Sequence record: SRR31156797_1896
DNA: 64,000 nt
Strand: one strand, 5' to 3'
A program made the position numbers and the translations under genes. The notes beneath the pieces are model-generated. The model was given only the letters and a program-made list of their open reading frames with translations, did not search any database and was not told the origin of the DNA. Shown here one piece after another: positions 1 to 9,166 of this stretch. The stretch's first letter is position 1. Each line of letters opens with the position of its first letter.

Positions 1-1729
1 CAATCCAGATTTTCCAGTACTCATTGTATGAACTATTAGAGAAACCTGGTGTAAGCGTGATATTGTATGACTGTCCGGGAGCTAAAGAAATCTCTTCTGA
101 AGTGAAATCAGTGTATCCGGCACCACCTGAAGTGTTTGAATATGAACCAATTTCAACATTGGCAATCCATTCATAAGAAGCATCATTACCACCTGACGTA
201 CAATAAGAAGCTGGTGGAGGAGGAGGTGTGGTTCCAGTTAATGCCATGTAAGCATTTAAGCGTCCACTACCTAATTGACCGTTATAACTTGGGTTTTGTG
301 CGCTAATATCATCAACGTATGTTAATAATCTATTTCGTACTTCAGTAGGAGTAATGTTACCAGCAAAATGCGAAACAATAAGAGCAGCAACTCCAGATAC
401 GTGTGGACAAGCCATTGATGTTCCCTGGTAGAATCCATAATTGCCAGTTCCCCAGCAGCTTAATACACCTTCAGTAGTTGTACTTGTTTCACCACCTGGA
501 GCTGAAATGTCAACCCATGTTCCATAGTTTGAATAATATGATTTTTTGTCTTCGTGGTTTGTTGCAGCAACAGCTATTGCATTTTCATAAGCAGCAGGCC
601 AAATACTTGCACCTGAGCTAGTATTGCTGTTTCCGGCAGCTATAATTACTACTCCACCATTCATTGGTGAACCTGCGCCTCCGCCATTGGCTATGAAGTA
701 GTCAATAGCATCATTTATAGCCTGGCTTTCGCCACCGCCACCCCAACTGTTTTGTGAGATGTGGGCTCCCATATCAGCTGCGTAAATGAATGCTTCATCG
801 AAACCACCTTGATTAGAGTTTCCGAATACTTCACAAGACATTAAACGAACACCGTCGTTATTTCCGGTTCCACCGGCAACACCGGCAACACCAGTCCCAT
901 TGTTTGTTTCTGCAGCTACTGTACCTCCAACGTGTGATCCGTGATCACCAGGAGTAATTGTACCTTGATTATCCGCAAAATTATATCCGTAATAATCATC
1001 TACATAACCATTGTTATCATCATCAATACCGTTTCCAGGAGTTTCACCAGGGTTACGCCACATATTACCTGCTAAATCAGGATGATCGAAATCAACTCCC
1101 TGATCTTCAATGGCAACAATAACTTCTGAGCTACCTGTTTCAAGTTCCCATGCCTCAGGTAAATCAATATCAGCATCAACTAAACCGTTTGTTTGTCCGG
1201 TATTATTGTAATGCCATTGCTCGTCATAACGTGGATCGTTAGGTGTTACAGATAATGTTTTTCCATCTGTGTATGGTTCTGGATGTTTGTCGTAAAGCTC
1301 CATTTTTGCTAATGGTTCTGCTATTTCAACATTTCCAATATTTTTGTAAGCATCAATTAATTCATTCACATTTGCTTTACTGTTGAATGAAATTTCGTAC
1401 CATTTGTGAAGTCCCCATTCACGGTGGCGTTTCTCAAATTTACCGGCATAACGGAATACTCTTTTGTATTCGATTGCGCCATATTGTTGGTTCTTTGCAT
1501 CGAGTGATGCGTTTGTAGTAAGCACAAATCCTCTTTGATCAGCTTCAATTGTGTTGATTGTTCCTTTTTGCTGATGGATTTGCTCCAATTGTTTTACCAT
1601 CTCGTTATCGAGCTTTACTCTGATAACTCCATTGTAATTTCCTTCTTCATTCACAGTTCTGTTTTGTGCAAAAACAGATACTACTGCAAAAATAAGTGCG
1701 GTAAGAAATGTAAAAGTTTTAAAATTCAT
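1..1729 (-). CDS. Secreted S8 (subtilisin-like) serine peptidase with GEVED domain; 3' end lies beyond the window start
   Basis: Not in the ORF track. Read by hand from ATG at 1729: MNFKTFTFLTALIFAVVSVFAQNRT (signal peptide). Catalytic motifs VIVAIEDQGVD (Asp), DHGSHVGGTVAA (His) and QGTSMACPHVSGVAAL (Ser) follow, then GEVED-like YCTSGGNDASYEWIANVEIG...NEYWKIWI at the edge. Confidence 0.93.
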   Translation of the reverse strand, partial: MNFKTFTFLTALIFAVVSVFAQNRTVNEEGNYNGVIRVKLDNEMVKQLEQIHQQKGTINTIEADQRGFVLTTNASLDAKNQQYGAIEYKRVFRYAGKFEKRHREWGLHKWYEISFNSKANVNELIDAYKNIGNVEIAEPLAKMELYDKHPEPYTDGKTLSVTPNDPRYDEQWHYNNTGQTNGLVDADIDLPEAWELETGSSEVIVAIEDQGVDFDHPDLAGNMWRNPGETPGNGIDDDNNGYVDDYYGYNFADNQGTITPGDHGSHVGGTVAAETNNGTGVAGVAGGTGNNDGVRLMSCEVFGNSNQGGFDEAFIYAADMGAHISQNSWGGGGESQAINDAIDYFIANGGGAGSPMNGGVVIIAAGNSNTSSGASIWPAAYENAIAVAATNHEDKKSYYSNYGTWVDISAPGGETSTTTEGVLSCWGTGNYGFYQGTSMACPHVSGVAALIVSHFAGNITPTEVRNRLLTYVDDISAQNPSYNGQLGSGRLNAYMALTGTTPPPPPASYCTSGGNDASYEWIANVEIGSYSNTSGGAGYTDFTSEEISLAPGQSYNITLTPGFSNSSYNEYWKIWI

Positions 1730-1963
1730 AATAGTTTTATTTAGTTCCCCAAAAAAGTTGCGGTAAATATGCATTTATGTAAATATGATTGCAATCTTTT
1801 TCGACAAACAACGATTTCCTACCCACGAGTTACAGGGTTCTTAGTAAAGTAAAATTGGCGTAAGTTGTAATTAGCTGTTAATCAGCTTGTAATATGGTCA
1901 AGGTCGCTTAAGCTTAGCAGTAATGCGATAGTTAGTGTATATTCAGATTTATTTATCTTAAAT

Positions 1964-1990
1964 AAAAAAGGAGAACTTTCGTTCTCCCTT
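1964..1990 (-). terminator. Intrinsic terminator after YceI gene
   Basis: Hairpin GGAGAAC-tttc-GTTCTCC next to an A-run that is a U-tract on the - strand. Confidence 0.75.
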
Positions 1991-2013
1991 CGGATAGTTT
2001 TTAAGTGATTATA

Positions 2014-2631
2014 TTATTTAAGTTTGATTTTCAATTCAATATCATCCATCAAAACCTTATCTTTCATTGGGTGAGCCCAGGCTACATCGTACTTTTGACG
2101 ATCAAAAGTGAGATCACCTTTGAATTTTAATTTGTCACCGTCTTTTTTGATTACTACGTTTTCAACAGTCTCGCTATTGGTTTTTCCTCTAATGGTTAGT
2201 TCTCCCATAATGTTATCTCCTTTGTGCTCTTTTACAGTAAAAGTTGCAGTTGGGTAAGTTTCTACTGCAAAGAAATCATCAGATGATAAGTGACCTATAA
2301 GTTTTTCCTTTGTACTTCCTTTTTCAGGATCATAGTTTTCATCTGTGGCTACCATTGAGGTCATGTCAACTTCAAAACTACCACTTACAATTTTCCCATT
2401 TTCAATTTTTAAGCTTCCACTATTGAAATTTAATGTTCCGGAATGATCATAAACACCTACTAAGGTTCCTTTCCACATCACTACACTATTTTCAGTATTG
2501 ATGTTAAATGTTTGATCTTCTAGTTTAACTTCTTTTTCAGTGGTATCACTTTTTGACTTTTCTCCAGAACATCCCATGAATGCTATTGAGCTACTCAAAG
2601 CAATCGCAATAATCCAGTTTATTTTTTTCAT
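2014..2631 (-). CDS. YceI-family lipid/polyisoprenoid-binding lipoprotein
   Basis: Motifs SVVMWKG, HSGTLNF, FEVDMTS, HLSSDDFFAVETYPTATF and GELTIRG. Likely start is MKKINWII at 2631, with lipobox FMGC. Confidence 0.9.
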   Translation of the reverse strand: MKKINWIIAIALSSSIAFMGCSGEKSKSDTTEKEVKLEDQTFNINTENSVVMWKGTLVGVYDHSGTLNFNSGSLKIENGKIVSGSFEVDMTSMVATDENYDPEKGSTKEKLIGHLSSDDFFAVETYPTATFTVKEHKGDNIMGELTIRGKTNSETVENVVIKKDGDKLKFKGDLTFDRQKYDVAWAHPMKDKVLMDDIELKIKLK

Positions 2632-2825
2632 TTTAATTAAGTTTTTGGTTTCTATTTTTATATATAAGTAGAAATGACAACATTTGTTCACAACAAATAT
2701 ATAATTCACAAATATTTAACAATTTAGATAGTTTAATGGGTTGTGGATGAGTTGCGAATATTGAGTAAAAAGTAAGGAGTAAACAGTATGTTGTCAAATG
2801 CTTTGAGGCAATAGCCTTATAATTA

Positions 2826-5732
2826 TCAACTAAACAGCTCTTTAATCTCCTGCTCGCTCATGTTTTTCAAAGCGAGGTTATCATTGATCAGTTCGTCTGA
2901 GAGTTTTTTCTTTCTACTTTGAAGGTTGAGTATTTTTTCTTCGATGGTATCTCGAGTAATGTATCTGTAAACAAATACATTTTTATCCTGCCCAATTCTA
3001 TGAGCGCGATTAATAGCCTGTGCTTCAGCAGCCGGGTTCCACCATGGGTCAAGCATTAAAACATAGTCTGCAGCAGTCAGGTTGAGTCCAACACCACCTG
3101 CTTTAAGCGAAATAAGAAATAAATGGTTATTATCGTTTTCTTGAAATTCATTAATTACTTGTTCGCGATTAGTAGTTTGACCGGTCAATAGACTATATTT
3201 CCAATTATTATCCTTACATATTTTCTCAATTATATTCAAGTGCTTAACGAATGATGAAAAAATGAGGACTTTATGTTTTTCTGCAACAAGGTTTTCAATG
3301 TGTTTGGTCACAATTTCAGTTTTACCAGAACTGTTTTCGTATTCGATACTGAGCATAGCCGGATTATTAGCCAATTGTCTCAATTCATTCAATGCCTTCA
3401 AAATCAGTGTCGTGTTGTTGGTACTAGTTGTATCTGAAAAGGCTTTTAGTAAGGTATTGCGGGTTGCAGATTTGTGCTCTTCATATAAGTCTTCCTGCGT
3501 TTTACTCATTTCACAGACGATGGTTTGCTCTGTAATGGGAGGAAGATCTTTAGCTACTTCTGATTTTGTTCTGCGAAGAACAAATGGTGCTGTTAATGTT
3601 TTTAGCTTTTGTAGTTTTTCTTCATCACGTTGTTTCTCTATTGGATTTGCATAATAGTCCTTAAACCACTTTTGTGATCCAATTATACCCGGGTTAATAA
3701 AGTTAAGTTGTGCCCATAAATCAGTTAGTGAATTTTCTATAGGTGTTCCGGTCAATACCAGTTTATAATTTGATTGCAGTTGCTTTACGGATTTATATGT
3801 AACTGATGCCGGATTTTTTATGTTTTGACTTTCGTCTAATACAATGTAATCAAATTCGAATTTTTTAAGAATATCGACATCATTGCGTATAACACCATAT
3901 GTGGTGATAATGAGGTCGTAATACCTAAAATTGTTTATATTTTGAGTTCTGGTATTGCCTGTGAAATTCTTTGTTTTAAGTTTTGGTGCAAACTTAGTTA
4001 TTTCATTTTCCCAATTGTGCACAAGTGATGCAGGCGCTACTATTAGAGATGTTGCTTTCTTTTCTAAATCATTTAAATGATCAGCAAATAAGTCCAATTG
4101 ATTTGTGGTGTTTTCTGCATGGTGGTTTTTTTCTTTTTTTTCACCATATAAGTGATGATATGTAAGTAAGGTCAGCGTTTGTAATGTTTTTCCTAATCCC
4201 ATATCGTCCGCTAAGCAACCACCAAATTGGTATTGCCTTAACTTCCGCATCCATGAATAACCTTCATTTTGATAGGAGCGTAGCACAGCCTCTATTTCTT
4301 TTGGGCATTCAAATTGCTTACTATCTTCAATTAGTGATTTGAAATTTTCAGTAAAATTCTGTATTTGTTTGGAATCTACTTTTGATAAAAGATCAACCTG
4401 GTACTTGCTTATCTTTAGTTTGTTATCTTCTTTCTGAGCAAGTGAGAAAATGTCTTTGTATTTTGTAAACCATGCATCTGGAATAATAGCTATGGTTTTA
4501 TCAGGTAATTCGTATTCACGTATTCCTTTTAAAATATGATTACGCAATTTGACAAAAGGTATCTCGAATTGGCCTAATTGAACAGTTCCATATAGGTCAA
4601 ACCAATCGTTTTTTTCTTCTGTTTTTAATTCTATATCAACTGGCCCGAGATGATATTTTATCTCTAAATTATTTTGTATTTCTATATTATTGCTTTGTAA
4701 CTTATTGGCATTTTTGTTAATCCATTCAATAATTTGATATGGATTAAATTGATCATCTAAACCATAGGCAATTCCACCTTTATTCTTTAAACCCAGATTT
4801 ATTATGGTGTCAATATATTGTTCTTCAGATTGAATATCTCGCTCTATTTTGGTGAAGCTTTTGTTTTCGCTGTTGAATTTCACAATTGCTGTATCTTTTG
4901 CCTGATCTGGCCTTACAGTGATATTGTCATAAATAAAGTTTAGCATCAAGATAAATTGCTGATGGGCTCCAGTACTTAGTTTCAAAATGGCCTTTGGTTT
5001 TATCTCAGTTTTATTGATTTCAAATCCTTTCGCTGATACATTATGAGATTTTATGGCATTGCGGATAAATGTTTGAAAGTAATTATCCACAAATTTTTCA
5101 GGTATATCAATTTGATTCTTGCTTACAAATGGAATTATTTTTTTTGTATTGAAGTCTTTAATTATATGAATCTCATGATTCATGATAAATATCGAGGGCT
5201 CTTCACATAGGATAAAGACTTTTTGATTTTGGAGTTTGATGGGATTTGAGTCTCTAAAAAGCTCTAGTTTATAGGTTAGATGATTGTTTTCATAATTAAA
5301 ACTAAAATTACAATTCAGTGGTTTGATATTGAGTTTGAGCTTATCAGTTTCAAATATGTTTTTTGATTGTAAATAGTATATATCCACATCGGTTTCATCT
5401 GCTATTGTTAATACTTTCAAAATTCTTTTATCGATATATGGCCTAATGTGTTGCTGTAAATAGGTTTTCTCCAAATTTTGAAAGAAGGTGGTTTGGGGCG
5501 CATTTTTTTTATTGAAATATTGATATATCCCTTTTTCATTTATCTGAAAACATATATCTAGTAAAGATTGAATCGATTCTGAAAAATGGGGTATTTCTTT
5601 TGGGGTTGTTTCAGGTATTACAGGTTGTATTTCGTAAAATGATGATTTTTCTTCTTTTCTGGCAATGGCGGGAACTAAAATCGCTCCCAGCGTTCTATTT
5701 CTCTGATATGTCAGGATAAATTTTTTAATCAT
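2826..5732 (-). CDS. SNF2/SWI2-family helicase-like ATPase
   Basis: Motifs LRSYQNEG, LADDMGLGKT, LDESQ, LTGTPIEN, SLKAGGVGLNLTAAD and QAINRAHRIGQ. Confidence 0.95.
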   Translation of the reverse strand: MIKKFILTYQRNRTLGAILVPAIARKEEKSSFYEIQPVIPETTPKEIPHFSESIQSLLDICFQINEKGIYQYFNKKNAPQTTFFQNLEKTYLQQHIRPYIDKRILKVLTIADETDVDIYYLQSKNIFETDKLKLNIKPLNCNFSFNYENNHLTYKLELFRDSNPIKLQNQKVFILCEEPSIFIMNHEIHIIKDFNTKKIIPFVSKNQIDIPEKFVDNYFQTFIRNAIKSHNVSAKGFEINKTEIKPKAILKLSTGAHQQFILMLNFIYDNITVRPDQAKDTAIVKFNSENKSFTKIERDIQSEEQYIDTIINLGLKNKGGIAYGLDDQFNPYQIIEWINKNANKLQSNNIEIQNNLEIKYHLGPVDIELKTEEKNDWFDLYGTVQLGQFEIPFVKLRNHILKGIREYELPDKTIAIIPDAWFTKYKDIFSLAQKEDNKLKISKYQVDLLSKVDSKQIQNFTENFKSLIEDSKQFECPKEIEAVLRSYQNEGYSWMRKLRQYQFGGCLADDMGLGKTLQTLTLLTYHHLYGEKKEKNHHAENTTNQLDLFADHLNDLEKKATSLIVAPASLVHNWENEITKFAPKLKTKNFTGNTRTQNINNFRYYDLIITTYGVIRNDVDILKKFEFDYIVLDESQNIKNPASVTYKSVKQLQSNYKLVLTGTPIENSLTDLWAQLNFINPGIIGSQKWFKDYYANPIEKQRDEEKLQKLKTLTAPFVLRRTKSEVAKDLPPITEQTIVCEMSKTQEDLYEEHKSATRNTLLKAFSDTTSTNNTTLILKALNELRQLANNPAMLSIEYENSSGKTEIVTKHIENLVAEKHKVLIFSSFVKHLNIIEKICKDNNWKYSLLTGQTTNREQVINEFQENDNNHLFLISLKAGGVGLNLTAADYVLMLDPWWNPAAEAQAINRAHRIGQDKNVFVYRYITRDTIEEKILNLQSRKKKLSDELINDNLALKNMSEQEIKELFS

Positions 5733-5838
5733 AGAAGTGCAAATATAATATCTATTCTTTTACATCAATTCTAGTTTTTATTTGTTTTGGTTATTGATTA
5801 TCTTCGTAACAATACAACATTATTTTGAAGGTTAGTTC

Positions 5839-6492
5839 ATGAGATATTTCATTGGTTTTTTATTAATTATGATTGGTTTGAATACCCTTGCCCAAAAGCC
5901 TAAATATACTTTTGTGCATTTTGAAGATGTATTTGAAGAGGGTATTTATATTACTTTTAATGATTTCCTGAATCAGGTCCCGGTTCGGAAAGACCAGATT
6001 ATAGCCATGGAGGACCCCAATGACCCTCAGTTTCTATTGAAAGTATTGTCATATGAGCGATTTTCTTATTTTGATAGTTTGGGAAATAGATTGACAATGG
6101 ATAGTCCGGATATTTGGGGATTAGCCAGGCGTAACAGTTTGTATATATTTCATGATTATATGTTATCCAAAATTCATTTTAATGGGCGTTGGGGGTATTT
6201 TACATCATACGAATTGATGCCACAACCTGAAGTTGGCGTTATGCCAGGTAGTTATTATGCTGTGCAAGTTCCATTAACTACAGGAAAAAAAACTGTTACA
6301 AATATAATAGATTTGAAAACCGGTGAAATTCAGGAATTTAATCGAAAAAATCTTAAAAAAGTTTTAACTATTGATTCATTACTTTTAAATGATTACAATT
6401 CCTTAAGAAGAAGGAAACAAAAGCAGCTAAAATATTTATATCTTCGTAAATTGAATGATCAAATAGATAATCATTTTAACCTAATTCGATAA
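5839..6492 (+). CDS. Secreted hypothetical protein
   Basis: 217-aa ORF with a Bacteroidota-type signal peptide (…LNTLAQ); no recognised domain. Confidence 0.8.
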   Translation: MRYFIGFLLIMIGLNTLAQKPKYTFVHFEDVFEEGIYITFNDFLNQVPVRKDQIIAMEDPNDPQFLLKVLSYERFSYFDSLGNRLTMDSPDIWGLARRNSLYIFHDYMLSKIHFNGRWGYFTSYELMPQPEVGVMPGSYYAVQVPLTTGKKTVTNIIDLKTGEIQEFNRKNLKKVLTIDSLLLNDYNSLRRRKQKQLKYLYLRKLNDQIDNHFNLIR

Positions 6493-6514
6493 CTTAACTT
6501 TAAAATATAATACA

Positions 6515-7390
6515 ATGAAAAAATTAATTTTAGCATTTGTACTTGTTTTAGCTTCAGCGCAATTGTTTTCGCAACTTGTGGTCGCTACAGCAGATGAATT
6601 AGCAAAATTTAAGAAAACAAAAACTACCGTGTTTTTAGAAGCAAATATGCTTTTAGCTTATAATCAGGAAATTCAAAAAGCAGTAAAAAAACATTGGGAT
6701 ATCACTGAATATGAGTTTAAGAAGTTCAATAACAATGAGTTTGAACAAGATAGATTAGATCCTAATAGTTCTTTTTTAATAATGAATGAAAGCTATATTC
6801 CAAAGGATAAAACTCGTGCCGTTTATAAATTTTTAAATGTAACGCTGGGTGGTGATTATGAATTAGAAAAGCAAATGCCCACAATCTCAGGTTTGCCAAT
6901 TGCTTATTCTGAAGTGGAGGAAGATACTTATGATTATAAATTGGGTTTAATTTTACGTTTTATTCAGGAACACATTAAAGTTAGTATGGAGAATCCTGAC
7001 ATAAATAAGACAAAGAAAATGTTGAAATATTACCGTAATGAGTTAACCACAATTGCTGATAAAACCTTATATGTACTAAAAGAAGAACTTGGTCCTGACG
7101 TAAATACAATGAAAGAAATTAAAGAGGTTTATCCATATGATGTTAAGATTGCTACTAAAGAAGAGATACAGAAAGTAATTGATGCTCGTGATGAGAATGC
7201 AGTAATTCTACATCAGGTAGGACCAAAAACTTCAAAGAGAAAAGCACGCTGCTGGAACGTTGTAATGGGAGCTAGTGATGCTAAACTTTATTATTTCAAC
7301 TATCATATGATTAAAAGAGGTAAAAGACCAGAAGGATTATTGTACAAAGACTTTAAAAAGTTAAGTAAAGAAAAAGGATTTTTCTTGTAA
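6515..7390 (+). CDS. Secreted hypothetical protein
   Basis: 291-aa ORF with signal peptide MKKLILAFVLVLASAQLFSQ; starts 22 bp after the previous gene and is followed by a terminator. Confidence 0.85.
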   Translation: MKKLILAFVLVLASAQLFSQLVVATADELAKFKKTKTTVFLEANMLLAYNQEIQKAVKKHWDITEYEFKKFNNNEFEQDRLDPNSSFLIMNESYIPKDKTRAVYKFLNVTLGGDYELEKQMPTISGLPIAYSEVEEDTYDYKLGLILRFIQEHIKVSMENPDINKTKKMLKYYRNELTTIADKTLYVLKEELGPDVNTMKEIKEVYPYDVKIATKEEIQKVIDARDENAVILHQVGPKTSKRKARCWNVVMGASDAKLYYFNYHMIKRGKRPEGLLYKDFKKLSKEKGFFL

Positions 7391-7396
7391 AATAAT

Positions 7397-7421
7397 AAGC
7401 CTGCGAAAGCAGGCTTTTTTT
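7397..7421 (+). terminator. Intrinsic terminator
   Basis: AAGCCTGC-gaaa-GCAGGCTT followed by a T-run. Confidence 0.9.
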
Positions 7422-7447
7422 GTTTCCAATCAATCTTGACCATCTAG

Positions 7448-7567
7448 CCCTTCGACTGCGATCAGGGACCTCCTTGGACTATGTTAAGGAGTCAAAGATC
7501 CCAGATCTAATATCCAATATCTAATATCCAACATCCATTAACAATTACTCATTAACAATTAAACATT
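7448..7567. repeat. REP-like element followed by degenerate 7-bp tandem repeats
   Basis: CCCTTCGACTGCGATCAGGGAC, then units atctaat/atccaat/atctaat/atccaac/atccatt/aacaatt/actcatt/aacaatt/aaacatt. Confidence 0.6.
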
Positions 7568-7620
7568 ACCTTATATTTTCTACAACATTTTATACAATTA
7601 TTTTTTTAACTAAAAACAAC

Positions 7621-7628
7621 TATTTTTG
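7621..7628 (+). promoter_or_regulatory. Bacteroidota -7 promoter box (TAnnTTTG) for hisS
   Basis: TATTTTTG, 44 bp before the hisS ATG. Confidence 0.5.
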
Positions 7629-7672
7629 TGACTTTAAAAGAATATTTATAATTCAGTTAGAAGCAAGCAATT

Positions 7673-9034
7673 ATGGCGCAGAAGATTAATATACCGAAGG
7701 GAACAAGAGACTTTAATCCTCAGGAGATGACACGCAGAAACTATATTTTTGATACCATCAAGGAAGTGTATCAATTGTATGGTTTTCAGCCTATTGAGAC
7801 TCCTTCGATGGAATTGCTTTCAACTTTGATGGGCAAATATGGTGAGGAAGGCGATAAATTGCTTTTTAAGATATTGAATTCCGGTGATTTTACAAAAAAA
7901 GTAAATATAGAAGATTGGAGTGAACAAAACACCAATAAATTAGCACCACAGATTTGTGAAAAAGGATTGAGATATGACCTCACTGTTCCATTCGCTCGTT
8001 TTGTGGTACAACATAGAAACGATATTACTTTTCCGTTTAAACGTTTTCAAATTCAACCTGTATGGCGTGCAGACAGACCTCAAAAGGGTCGTTATCGTGA
8101 GTTTGTGCAGTGTGATGCAGATGTAGTAGGAAGTAATTCTTTGATCCATGAAGCAGAGCTGGTGATGATTATGGATGAGGTTTTTTCACGTCTTGGAATT
8201 AATGTAACCATCAAATTAAACAGTCGCAAATTACTCACTGCTCTGGCTGAATTGGTTGGTAAACCCGAAATGATTACTACTATAACAGTGGCCATTGACA
8301 AGTTGGATAAGATTGGTATTGAAAAAGTTAAGGAAGAACTTAAGAGTGCTGGACTAAATAATGCTGATGTGGAAAAGGTTTTACCAATTATCGAATTGAA
8401 GGGAACCAATGAAGAGAAATTACAAGTTATATCAGATTTGTTTGAAAACAACGCTTCATCGGTGGCAGGAAAAGAGGAAATTATATCTGTTTTTAAATTT
8501 CTTGAAAATTATAACCTTCGAAATGAGGTTGAATTTGACCTTTCTCTGGCTCGCGGATTAAGTTATTACACCGGATGCATTTTTGAAGTTAAAGCCAACG
8601 ATGTAGCAATTGGTTCAATTTGTGGTGGAGGTAGATATGATGATTTGACAGGCATTTTTGGATTACAAGATGTGTCAGGTGTTGGAATTTCATTTGGAGC
8701 TGATCGAATTTATGATGTGTTAGAACAGCTCGATCAATTTCCAGATACTACATTGCAAGGCCCTCAGGTTATGTTCGTAAATTTTGGGGAAATAGAGGCT
8801 GATTATGTATTAAAAGCTGCCATTGCGCTAAGACAAAATGGAGTTTCAGCTGAAGTTTACCCAGAAAGCGCTAAAATGAAGAAACAAATGAACTATGCTA
8901 ATGCTAAGAATTTTCCATTTGTAGTTTTAGCAGGCGAAAATGAAATAAATAATCAGACTTATACGCTTAAAGACATGGCTTCTGGTGAGCAAACAGAAGT
9001 TTCATTAGATGCATTGATTCAAAAATTATCTTAA
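7673..9034 (+). CDS. hisS: Histidine--tRNA ligase
   Basis: Motifs [46 protein letters not shown] and GGGRYD, plus an anticodon-binding tail. Confidence 0.98.
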   Translation: MAQKINIPKGTRDFNPQEMTRRNYIFDTIKEVYQLYGFQPIETPSMELLSTLMGKYGEEGDKLLFKILNSGDFTKKVNIEDWSEQNTNKLAPQICEKGLRYDLTVPFARFVVQHRNDITFPFKRFQIQPVWRADRPQKGRYREFVQCDADVVGSNSLIHEAELVMIMDEVFSRLGINVTIKLNSRKLLTALAELVGKPEMITTITVAIDKLDKIGIEKVKEELKSAGLNNADVEKVLPIIELKGTNEEKLQVISDLFENNASSVAGKEEIISVFKFLENYNLRNEVEFDLSLARGLSYYTGCIFEVKANDVAIGSICGGGRYDDLTGIFGLQDVSGVGISFGADRIYDVLEQLDQFPDTTLQGPQVMFVNFGEIEADYVLKAAIALRQNGVSAEVYPESAKMKKQMNYANAKNFPFVVLAGENEINNQTYTLKDMASGEQTEVSLDALIQKLS

Positions 9035-9166
9035 ATTATTCAGATGATTAATTGTAATCGTTATTTTCCAATTAGGTTTCCATAAGGCAAATAAATTTGC
9101 TTATGAAATTCTTGCTTATTCCCCCGGAATGTTGAAAACTAATTAACTACAATTAAATTTAGAATT

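Noticed and set aside
1366-1744. Short ORFs 1366-1548 (-) and 1535-1744 (+)
   Set aside because: Both are shadows of the S8 peptidase frame (1729 to <1), which the track omitted because it has no stop codon in the window.
1801-1830. TCGACAAAC / CCCACGAGT at 21-bp spacing as LytTR sites for the S8 peptidase
   Set aside because: Only two poorly matching copies, so not distinguishable from chance.
2826-5732. SNF2 ATPase as part of an anti-phage system
   Set aside because: No methylase, nuclease, PglZ or other defence partner is nearby, and the context looks housekeeping.
7491-7567. Possible CRISPR array or iterons
   Set aside because: The units are 7 bp, degenerate and have no spacers; no cas or rep genes are present.
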